From contig MEDY01000294.1 of the NCBI GenBank assembly GCA_001724265.1, forward strand, positions 1 to 40,885: DNA of 40,885 nucleotides. The letters run 5' to 3'. Below, in pieces: positions 1-11,900 of the stretch (position 1 is the stretch's first letter; every line of letters starts with the position of its first letter). The DNA comes from Rhizaria sp. SCN 62-66 (taxonomy: Eukaryota). A program made the translations under genes and the position numbers. Under the pieces are notes generated by a model. That model ran no database searches and had not been told where the DNA came from. It saw nothing but the letters and a program-made list of their open reading frames with translations.

Positions 1-605
1 GTTTATATGTAAGGATACCAAGGAATATGCTCAATTATGCTGTATATCGAAGACTGTATTGAAGGGAAATAAAAATTAAGTTTGTACTTTCCAAGAATTA
101 TCGAGAGATCAGTTTGAACAGCCGCAGCTTCATCGTCTTCCAGAAAGAGTGTGGAGCTCAATGCACAACCATGTAATTGCATTATGGTTTGACTATATTT
201 ATGGACACAGTGCTTTTATATATTATTGAAATACTAATTCTTCTAATGTAAGTTTCATTACGCTGTGTCTGATTCCTTCACCTGCGTGTTGATGTTCCGC
301 GCGTTCATATCGATCAACATGCCTCAATGCCGTGACAATGAAATGATGTACAATCGTTAGCAACGCTTGGTCATTGCTGGGATCTGTTAACGTTTGGAAA
401 TGTGAGTGTTACCCTGGCCTATGTTTGATATGCCTTCGATTACACTCGGTTTGTGCTTGGTCCTCTGAATGATGTCGATATATATTAATACTAGTAGATG
501 TCCCAACAAGGTCTTATGTTACCGCCGACATTTAGCATAAAATACCAAGTCTCATAGGCTCACACTGGGGCAAACACCACCCACGGTCGTTTCGGGGTGG
601 GTATA

Positions 606-788
606 TAAAGGTGGCGTTCTCCTGTGAACATAGACTTCTGTTTTGTATAAACACAGAGAAAACAATTTATGATATCTTTTACATACATATAATTCGAATT
701 ATATACTTAGTTCTTATTGTTTTCATAGAAATATAACTCTGTGTACATAGAAAACACAAATGTGTGTACACAAGAAACGCCACCTTTA
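606..788. mobile_element. MITE-like hairpin element, copy 1 (~180 bp)
   Basis: Perfect 13-bp terminal inverted repeat TAAAGGTGGCGTT (606-618) / AACGCCACCTTTA (776-788), extending imperfectly to ~25 bp. AT-rich interior with a near-central perfect 18-bp palindrome ATATAATTCGAATTATAT (687-704). TA at both ends. A related copy lies at 40721-40885. Confidence 0.7.
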
Positions 789-2982
789 AATCGCGGCCGG
801 AAATTGCTGTCAGATGGAATTTTATGCAGAATGTCGGCGGTAACATCTTACTAGTAAGTACTAGTATCAGGGCTAACATAAAGTCCCTAACGACAACTGT
901 ACAACAACAATCACGGATGTGCCTGCATTTTACGTGTCACAGTTAACTGTTTGGAATTGTCGTATGTTGAGTGTTGTAACTAGTTTCATCGTTGAACAAT
1001 GTTAATACTAGTACATGTACATATGTATGAACCTAAGGCCCTTTCACTAAAGTTCTGCTTGAGAGCTTCAGCGGCGGTATTATATAGTATATGAACGTGG
1101 CTCTCTGATATTGAGAATGTGTTCTGGCTATATGTGTATGATATTTGCATCATGTCACATGATTTGTTAATTCTGATGCGCAAGAGGAATTCAAAGTCTG
1201 GTTCCAGCATCATAAACAAACTTCTTCAGAGACGAAGCCACAATGGATGACGCAAAAAGAAGATGTTTTTTGCTCATATAATCTGACGAACGTTTAGTTT
1301 ATCTGATCTTCGATGGGTTAAAGCCGCTTTGGCACAATTGACGTCTTACGTGACAGCGTAACAGCAGATATCATGAGTCAGCATAGTCTAAAAGCTAGGT
1401 TAAGAGAACTATTAATATCATAGTTCATGATATCCAAAATGCGAATCAATCAACAAAGTCTGCAAGGATTAAATGCAATTATGAGCGCAAGCAGACAAAG
1501 TAATTACATCGCTCCTCAGAAAACGGAACTTATGAGACAAGCTGTGGCAGCCATTTCAGCAAATTGTTCCAAAATCATGATGAGACGATCATTTCAGGTG
1601 TGACTCAAAAGAGGTCTTAGTTTGAATTTGATTATGTATAAATCGTACAAAACAACATTTTTAACGATAGCTCTGTACGTGCTACACTCTGACTCGCAAA
1701 GCCTGCCAGTCAACATCGATACAGCTAAATACACACTCGTGTTTCAAGCCGCTACAAATAGCGGAAAGAAAACAACGCATGTACTCGCATGCATGATATT
1801 ATAAAGACAATGCACACGTGCCGAAATGCACACAAATTAAAAATCCCTCCCCACGTTGCCCTGGGCTGTAAAAAACCACCGGTTGCTGCGATTGGGCAAG
1901 ACAAACGAGACACCATCGTGACTCCTTCGCTCGTGTCCAACCACTGCACAACGGCAGCAATGGCGTTGCGGAAAAGGGGGGTTGCCCGCGTATAAAAGGG
2001 CACTATGCAAAAACCCACGTGTTACAACGAAACACGTGATGGGTGGAAGCGAACAGACAGAGATAGAGGGATGGACAGCCATCCGCTGGCGAGCCTTGAT
2101 AAAGGCCCGTCGCGTCTAGAGTAAATTTCCTTTTCTTACTGACTGTGAGCGCGCCCGCCTCTCACGTGCACACGCGGTCACACGTGACGCAGTGCTGAGA
2201 TGATGGGTGGAACATCGTTACCAGAGGAGGAGGCGGGGGGGGGGGCTTTGCTGGTACCACTGCTATCATTCACGCGTAGCAACTCTCGTTAATTCGATAG
2301 TGAATGTAAACACACACGAACTCAGAGAAACGAAACGGAAAGACAACAAAAGCAAAGGACGCGCGGTGCGAACCCGCACACTGACGATGAAAAACAAGTG
2401 CTCACTAGGCTTTAGCACTCGTTTGTTTCCCCTAATGTCCTCCACTCAGAGTGACGCCTAACACATTATGCTGAGAGGTGAAACGAAAAAACAAAATAAA
2501 ACACTAAATTGTGTTTAAAAAGAAGATAAAAACAAACTGAAAACAAAAAGAGAATAAAAACAAAGTGATAGCACTCACAAATAGCGCTCTCCAGTTCCTT
2601 TCTAATTCAAATAGAATAGATGAAATAGACCAAAAAGAAACAAAAGCAAAAACGCACTCGGAATTGATAGAAGTCGCGTTTCCTTTTGAGACTCACGGGG
2701 ATCGAGTGTGCGGGTCAACAGACCGTGAGTCAATAAAGCAGCAGAGTGAGATATAAACCAGCATGAGAACGCTTTCGCACTCCTCGGGTCTGGGTCTGTC
2801 CTATCAAAACCACTGATTGCAACACACAAAAACAATAAACTCACACACAAGCATCCAGCCTTGACACACAAACGCACGTCACTAAGTGACACGTGCGTTG
2901 ATTTCCCGCTGCGTTACAAACACAGCATCATAGTCATCAACACACATGAATTACTCAGTCTGTGTACTAAGACGATGGCTAC

Positions 2983-5900
2983 TTAGATCGTGGCGCCATC
3001 CTCCTCGACAGCAACAGCGCCGTCGGCAGTGTCCTCACCGTGGGCGGCAGTGGGCGGAGCGTAGGCCCGAAGCTTCTCGTACGCGGTGAGGACTGCGTCC
3101 TGCTCGTAAGCACCGGCAGAGGCCGGGTTGGCCGAGCACGTGGTGGCGAGGAGCGAGTACATGAAAAAGAGGAAAGGCTTGACAGCGAACATCTCGACGC
3201 CGATGGTGGCGAAGGCAGAGCCGATCCAAGTGCCGAATGTGGTCGAGACAGTGTTCTCGAGCTGGATGCCGAAAGCGCAGATGAGGATCGACAGGCCAAA
3301 CACCCAAGCGACGAGGAAGCCGTAGGAGAAAATGGCGCCAGCGCCGATGGACACGCCCTTGCGGTTGAAGGTCGCGGTGGCGGCGGCCTCGTCGATGACG
3401 ATGCATTGACGCAGGAGAGTGTGGAGCTCAGCCTCGTTGCCGACGACGGCGGCGTTCATAGCCTGAGCGTAGAGGGCGGCGTGGGCGGGGTCGGCGCGGG
3501 CCTTCAGGGCGTTGGCCTCGGCCGTGGTGAAGTAGTCGGAGGAGCCGGTGTGGAAAAGCTGAGCCGCCTCGAACGCGTACTGGTAGAGGAAATCCTTGAC
3601 ACCGTAGGAGCGCGTGTGGGAGAGCACGAAGTGGAGGATGATGGAGACGCCGATCATGACGAGAGCACCGAGGAACATGACGCCACCGAAGTTGTCGATG
3701 TCATTGCGGGCCTGGGAGCCGCCCCAGAACATCACCGTGACCGCGAAAGCAGAGAGAAGGACAATGGAGGAAGCAAGCATGCGGGTGGCGCCACCAATGT
3801 TGGACAGCGGGGAGCGGGCAAAGGCGGAGAAGAAGAGGTGGTTCTCGCAAAGCATCGACTTGGTCATAAGCACCGCGTTAGAGCAGTGCGCGCCCTCGAT
3901 GGCGTCACCGCGCTTGGGAGCCTCACCAGTCGCCCACTGGCCGACAAGCATCTTAAGGCCCTGGACCTTCTTCGAGCCGTCGACGGAGGCGGCGATGATG
4001 ACGAGCACGATCGCGGCTCCGAACCAGACAAGGATCATGTAGATAGGGTTGCGATTGTTGTCGAGGTTGTGGTTGGTGAGCTGGAGCCAGCCGTCGCCAG
4101 CGTAGAGGTCATAGCCAGCGCGGACACGGAACGAGGTGAGGTGAGTGCAGCGGCAGACGGTGTAAGTCTCCTCCTGGGAGTCAACAACGCAGCCACCAGT
4201 GCCCCAGGCAGCGCGCTCGGAGTCGAGAGCGTAGGAAGACTCGTCGAGGAACTGGCAGGTGCGGTAGCGGTGCGCGGACGAAGTCAGGCCGTTGGGGTGA
4301 GCCGCGGTCAGCAGGACACGGGAGATGGACGAGGTGTCGACAGCGGTGTAACCGGTGAAGAAGGCGAGGCCAACAACGCGGGAGACAGCAGACTCTTCGG
4401 TGGCGGCGCCGACAGAGGACGTGAAGGCAGCGTCATCGTGTGTGATCTCGGCAGCGTCAACGGTTGTCAGGCCCTGAGCGGCAAGCGACTGGAAGAAGTC
4501 GGACGAGACACGGACGGTGCGGCCAGCCTGGGCGAACGCGGCCTGGGCAGCGGCGAGAGTGAAACGCTGAGCAGTGACAGTAACCTTGCCGGAAGTAAGA
4601 GAAACGGAGCCGGACTCAGCGGTGGAGGCGCCTAGCAGGTTGTACACGATGAAGGGAAGCTGCGCAGCGAAGGAGCGGGCCGCGAGCGTGATCTCAGTGA
4701 CGTTCTTCTCAACAGCGGCAACCTCGGCGACCTTGGCGAATGTCTCGACGGCGATCTTGGCAGTGTTGGGGGTGGCCTTGGAGCCAGACGTGGCCAGAGC
4801 CTCGATGTGTGCAGACACGGCAGCGAGCGCGGCGGAGCGGACTTCAACCGAGGGCTGGGTGGTGTTGGAGCCAGAGCCGACGAGGGTGGCAACGGCCTCA
4901 AGGACACCGGTCGAGCCGGCGGCGTTGGAGCCCTCGAGACCAGCGAACGAGGACAGCTTCTCGGTGGCGTACTTGATGAGCTCGACGCGGATAGCGTTGG
5001 CAGCATCGGTGTTGTTGCCGAGCAGGTTGGCAGCGGCCGAGAGGGCCTGCATGATGTAGTCACTGGGAGAAGCGGCGGTCAGAGCGGCTTGAGCAGACTG
5101 CTGGGAGTTGCCATTAGTGGAAGTGCCAGAGGGGACGGCGGCAGTCTTGGACGCGAGGGTCATGGCACCATAGGAGTCGACGACCTCGATCTCGAAGGTG
5201 TTGGAGGCCGGGGACGTGAAGTACTTGAGAGCCTTCTGAGTCTGGTTCAGCGACACGGCGATACGGGAAGAACCACGGATAAGGAAGAACGAGTAGAGCA
5301 TGTCCGCATTCGTGACACTGACAGAATTGGCGGTGACGGTGGTGACCGTGGGCTCGACTGCGACGCTCATGGTGACGTAGGGCGGCGTGTGGACAACAAT
5401 GCGCATGTACGCGTAGTGGGCGTCACGGCCGTTGTACGCGACAACCGAGGTATCCGAGGGGATGCCGACGTTGCCCGCGAGGACGGAGATCCGGCACTCG
5501 GCGTCAAAACCCCCGACAAACGCAGCGCCGGAGATAGTGAGCGTGGCAGCGTTGGTGGTGGGGGAAAGTGCGAACTGAGCGAGGTCGATACCAGAGCAGG
5601 ACCAGAAGGAGGTGTAGGTCGAGGACGGCGCCGAGATAACACCGCGGAGAGTCAGGTCCTGGCCAGGGAGCACGGTGTAGCGCTGAGGGCGCTGGCGGCG
5701 GTAGCTGTAGCGGATGGTGTCGGCGCCGAAGGACGCGAGCTGAGAGTCGGGGATCGCGACAGTGACGTACGAGACGACGTGGTGAGCCTCAGAGTCGATG
5801 AGGCGGACCATGGTCGAGACGGTGGCAGGGTTAACATCGTCAATGTCAGAGGACACGGTGAGGTCGTAGCGGATGCGCAACTCGCCCTGGCCGACAAAGA

Positions 5901-8900
5901 GCGCGGCAAGGTCTTCGTTGGAGAGAGTGAGCTTGGAGCCGTACTGAGTGAACTTGCGGCCGTAAGCACGGACTGAGCAGTCAACCCACACGTTGCGGTT
6001 GGTGGAAGAGACGTCGGCGACAGGCACGGACTCCTCCATCGACGTGCCCTGGGAGATGGTCGCGTCGTAGTAGATGTCCATCATGCACTTCCACTGGTAC
6101 TTAAGAGCAGAAGAGTAGGCGCCCTCGGCGTGGGACATGCTGCCGTCGATGACGAGTGAGGCAGTGCGGTCGAAGACGTTGTGTGAGAAAGCGCCGGCGG
6201 CGTCGATGTTGGCCGAGGGATCGGAGGCGGGGCGGTGCTGAGTGTACACGGGGCCAGCGATGATAGGGTGGAGAACGATGGGCTTTATAACTACGTCGAA
6301 GGTCTGAGAGGCACTGCGAGGGAAGCCGTCAACAGTGTAGTAGAGTACGTACGTGGCGGTGGTCGAAGAAGAAACGGCGGTGAATGTGGCGGTGGTCGAA
6401 GAGACAACCTGATTAGCGTACGTCCACACGAAGGAAGTGATCTTGGTGTTGGCAAGGCAGTTCACAGCGGGATTGAAAGCAGCAACCTTGAACTGCTCAC
6501 CAACATACACCTCAACACCATCGTTCTGAAGTTTGGGCACAATGTTACCGTTCGTGGAAAGAGAGAACAGGAGCTGGTAATCCGCGGAGTAACCAAGCCA
6601 ATTGGTCGCCGTGAGTTTGATGTTGACCGAAGTAGCAGCGTACACCATGTTGGGACCAAAGATAGCCTTGTGAGAAAGACCGTTGTGCACGGCCTGGCGA
6701 CTCTCAATCCAACCGTTGTTATTATACTCACCGAGCATGGCGTTAATGTTGGCGACAGCAGCGTTACTAAGAGTATTCGGGGTAGTAGTAGAAGCAGAGA
6801 TCTTAAGGTTACGGCCAGCATAGTGCGAAGCGGTGGTGAAATAGGCAAGGAAGTCAATGTCAACGGTGTCCGTGCACGAGTCGGCAAAGATGCCGTAAGT
6901 GACCTGGCTGGTGGTGGAAGTCAACATGAGCTTGTTCGTGTCGACATCGATCGAGATCATCTCCGTGCGGGGCAAGAAGGGGCCCGATGTGGCACCGTCG
7001 GCAACGAGGCTGGAGAAGATGACATCACCGCGAATATAGACAGGGGAGTTCTTCAGCAGAGTGAAGTCATCAGAGACACGGACACGGATACCCTCGACGT
7101 GGAGAGCGCAGATGGCGGCAGAGCCGAAGCTGTCGGCTGTGACGTCCTCGAAGAAAGCATAGCAGTTTTCGTTAGAAGGGGTCATGAACGCAGTCGTGGT
7201 ACCAACGTTTTTCATCTTGATCTCGAAGGTCATTGCATCAGTCATGCGGAAAACCTTGTTGTCCGTGAACTCAACATCGAATTCGCAAGCAAGCTTTGAC
7301 GGAATCGCCGAGTTGTCCTTGCTCACCCAAGCACCGCCAGTATTCTTGCACGTGCTGAGCTCCTGCTCTGCGGCATGGTAGCCCGGCTTGCACTGCAGGA
7401 AGACGTCCGTACCCGCAGCAACGAAGTTGCCAGGGAAGACGGCCTTGGAGAAGTGAACATTACCGTTGTCGACGGTGAGAGCGGCATCGCAGATGCGTGC
7501 GCAGGTGGGCATCGACTGCCAGTAGCCGGTGGCGACGTCGCACGTGATGGTGGTGATTGACGCGTTGACAATGCCCGTGGTGTCGTACATCGTGTAGTCG
7601 AGGTTGGTGCACTGGACGCGGTAAGACTCGTGGTTGGCTGAGCGGTCGAGGATGTTGAGGCCCGAGGTGCCGATGGGGTGCTCAGGGCACGGGATGGGCT
7701 TGCACAGAGAGCTGGCGGTGACGGCGGAGGCGAGGGCATTGGAAGATGACTGCAGCCAGCGGCCGTTGACGCAGGTGAAGGAGAGCTCATCACGGGAGAC
7801 AGGGTAGTATCCAGCGGGGCAGGAGACAGTCTTGCCATTAAGGTCGACATCATTGACAATCATAGGGTCAGACAGGTTGTTGATAGTGTCCTCCTTAAGC
7901 GCAAAAGTCTCACAGGTACCAGTAGAGTAGTAGCAGTTGGGATCCGCATTGTACGAGGTAGTGAGCTCGAAAACGGAGACGAACTCACCAGTGGACTCGA
8001 AACGTTGCACGCACTTGTAAATAGGCATGTTGACGGGGATCGCAGTGGGATCCTTGCAAATCATCTGGTAGTCAATCCCATGGTCGGTATCCAGGAAGTA
8101 CTCACCGAATACCGGAGCATCAGGGAGGTTTTCCTCTTTGCACTTGTCGTCGCGGTTAAAGCAACGGTAGTCGGCCATAGTGCCATCCGTGCACGTGGTG
8201 GCAAGCTTGGGGTCACCATCAACCATGAGGGTCATCGTGGGCATGTACACAAGCGCATGACTGATATTAACACACTTAAGGTTGTTAGAGACGATCTCCA
8301 CACCGGTGTTGGGGGTGCAAGCTGGGACAGCGCAGACGGGCATGGCCAGAGTGGCCGGGTAGGCAGTGAACTTGCCCTTGGTAGCCGTATCCGCAACGCA
8401 CTTGATGATGAACGACGACGTAGCAGGGATCTCCATATCTGAATCTACGCACTTGACGGAGTGCGTAGTGCCGACAGAGTAGTCGGTGAGGCCTGCGACG
8501 GCGTCGATGCGCTCCATGTTGTACAGGCCAGAGTCCAGAGCGTCGCACTTAACGTCAACCTTGCACAGAGTGGCGGTGGCGGGTACGTCCCAGCCGGCGG
8601 CGGAGCAGCGCGGAGCGACACCCGCGGGGATGTAGCCTTCTTTGCACTCGACCTCGAAGGCATTACCAAGATTAGTCTGGCTTGAACCGTTGTCGACGTT
8701 GGGATCGGAGAAGTACTGATTGTTGCAGTCAGTGTACGTGCAAACGGGCATCGTCTCCCAGCCGTAGAAGTCAGTAGCGCTGGTGACGGTCGCGGCGAGC
8801 CCAAGCGACTTCTGGCCAACGCACAAGGTGGTGAAGTCAATCGAAGACGGAGTACCGATGTTCTCGGGGCACGTGTAGTGGAGCTCATCGCCAGGGGAGG

Positions 8901-11900
8901 CCTTGATGGGACCAGCGACATTGGTGAAATAGTTGAAGCCGTGGATGTTAGATGTCATAATGACAGAGCCTTGCCAGCGGGCGAGCGAAGCAGCTGCCTG
9001 GGTGAGCTCGCAGAACGAGACTGAGCACATAGGGACGTCAGCCTGGGTGCCATCAGCAACGTACGTCTTCCAGACGGAAGTGCCAGTGGCAGCGTTGAAG
9101 ACGCAGACGACGGGGAGACGGACAGCCCGGACTTGGGTAGCATCAAAGTCGCCGCCCTCACTGGTCGCGTAGAGAGGAGTCTCGAAACGAGCGTACGTGT
9201 GGTTGCACGACGCAAACGCAGTGTCACCGGGCTGAGCATCAGCTGAGTCCAGAGCGACCCCACTGTAATCCTTGTAATCAATGTTATCGTCGTTAACAGA
9301 GCAGCCGAGCTCAACGCACGACACGCGGGGGGCGGCACCGTTGTTCCACACGCCGTTGACGCACTTCGACGACGTGGGACCGACGAGGGTCTGAGTGCCG
9401 GGGCACGTGTAGTGGGCAAAGGTGCCGTCGAGGGCGTAGAAAGCGCCGTCCATAAAGAAGCGGTTGACGGTCAGCTCGACACCAGTGGGGATGGAGGGCA
9501 GAACGCAGGACGTGCGGATGCAGAGAGGGTTGGTGGCGGTGAAGCCGGAAGCGAGGATGGTCTTAAAGCCGAAACCAGAGCCCACAGTGTGGGTGCACTG
9601 CAGAGCGGCACCAGTGAGGGCGGCGTGGTTGACGGAGTAGCCAGGCTTGCACGTGACGCGGAGCGAGTCGCCATTTTTGGTGTGAGCGTCAACGGTCGGC
9701 GTTGCCGGGGTCGCGTGGTACAAACCCTCGAGGCCGGGCTCGGAGTGGGCGATCGTAGGGAGGGCGCCATCGCACTGGTCCTTAGAGGAAGCGCAGTAGA
9801 AGTACGAGCCGTGCCACTTGGGGAGGCCAAGGTTGTCGATGCCGCAAGAGTAGTCGGAGTAGACCTTGAAGTCAGCGCACGAGGTAGCGTTGGTAGAGCA
9901 GCAGTTGATACCGACATTGTCCACAAGGTCGGTACGGTTGTAGTACTTCTCAGCGAACGCGACGTTGGCCTGGTTGTAGTTGGGCAAGATCGTGATCGGG
10001 CAGCGAGCATCATAGCACTCAGTGTCGGGGAATGCGACAGCGCCGGAAGAAACCCAAGCGCCGTTGGTGCAAGTATAAGACGTGGCACTCCCGAAGTTAG
10101 AGTAGAGACCAGCGTTGGTCGCGCAGGAAACAGTCACCTTGTCGCCCTCGGTAGCGTTGGCAAAGGCAACGATGGGGTTCGAATGAAGATACGTATAGTT
10201 GGAGGCCGCGTCATACACGAAGTAACTGGCGTTGAGGTGCAGCAGGTTGCTGACAACCTCGGGGTCGCACTTAACAGCCTCACATTCGAAAAGTGTCCCG
10301 ACAGTACGCCACTCATAGTCGAACACGTCAACACCGCCGGAAACAGTCTTGGTGGCAGCACAGAAGACGCCGTAAGCGGCAGTATCGGGGGCTTTGTAGC
10401 CGGCGGGGCAAACAGCTCGGAAGGCATCACCAACCTCGTTATAGGTGATTGAGGGGACGGTCGAGGCGGTGTCATTGGTCAACATGTCCCACTCAGCGTT
10501 GATTGGGGGACTAGGCAGAGCAGTCTCGCACTTCATGGGGACGCAGCGGACGTAGTCAACCATCCAAAGGCCGGTCTTGATGTCGCAAATCTGATCGTAA
10601 GTCTGGTAAGCGAAGTGGTGGTCGGGGCACTCAATGACAGTGGCCACAGTGTTGTAGAACACATCAAGAAATTCACTATCGGTGGTTGAGTTAACGACAC
10701 TCGTGCTGCCGACGTAGAGCGCAGGAGTGCCCTTGATCGGGCCAACGGCCACCAAATTAAGGCAGAGGTAAGCACTAGGTAAGTACTGCTGGCCGGACAC
10801 AGGGGTCGCCTTATAGGTGATGCCACCGATAACAGCAGTCGTACCACCTTCGTTCGTGGTAGCGAGGGAGATGGTAATGGCGTTAGTTCCGGCAGTAAAA
10901 GCGGTGGGAACAGTGCCAATAGCAAAGAAACCAGAGGTAGGAATGGTGTAGTCAGAAAATTTGCCCGCGCAGAAGTAGCGAGAGTCAGTCTCATCAGCCA
11001 CCATAAAAACCTCGGTAGGGACGATAGTTGAGGACGTGGTACGGTCATTAACCATTGCCTTGTAAGCCTCGGGGTCGTAGAACGCTTCAACGTCACCCTC
11101 AATGCACGTGGCAGCGTCAGCAACCTCGAATGGTTGGCCGTAGAAAGACTTGACCTTGCCGAAGAAGTGGGCTGCGGGGACACCGACCGTGCCGACCTTA
11201 AAGTCAATGTAGGGCTGGTCAGCATTGGCACAGTTGAGGGAGATCTTAGCAACAAGGGTGTCGCCAATTTCATCCTCGAAGAAGCCAGAAGAAGTAGCCT
11301 GGCAGTTGTTGGTGGTTACATCAGCGGAGTGAGTAATGGTGAACTGAATGTCGTCGTGATCAAGAACAGTGTTGCTGAAAGTCATCTTAAGGACGAGCTC
11401 GTAGGTGTAGTTGACTGAGAACGTGAAGACAGTGCTCGAGATGTCGCGATCACTGTACACAATACCACCAAGATACCAGGCTACCCTGTCGAGTACGACA
11501 GTCGAGCCCACAACAGCGAGAGTGAGGCACTGCGCGTCCTCAGAAATAGCGCTGTAAAAGTCGGCGGAAGAATACCAGCCACCGGGGACAATGTCACCAT
11601 TGCTGTCATAACTCGGGGGCTTGCAATACTGCACGTAGTCAGGGGAGAAGACACTGTTGAAGCCAAGAGCCATGTTGGAGTCGCACACGAAAGTACGGGA
11701 CTTCTCAGTTGCATTGTACTTGATGTCATCCACAGGGTAAGTAGTGTCGAGGTACGCTGTGGCGTACGTGTCAGCGCAGAAGGTCGACTCAGCGGGGTCG
11801 TTCAGGAAACCAGCTATGATAGGATAGCCGGGCTCACCGCAGGTGATGATCCCAGTGGGGGACATGCCGAAATTGTAATTGTAGATGGCCATACCACTAC

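Noticed and set aside
1373-1603. 76-codon plus-strand ORF that is continuous if TAG 1421-1423 is read as sense
   Set aside because: AT-rich, short and without a recognisable motif; compatible with chance, so not counted as evidence for the code change.
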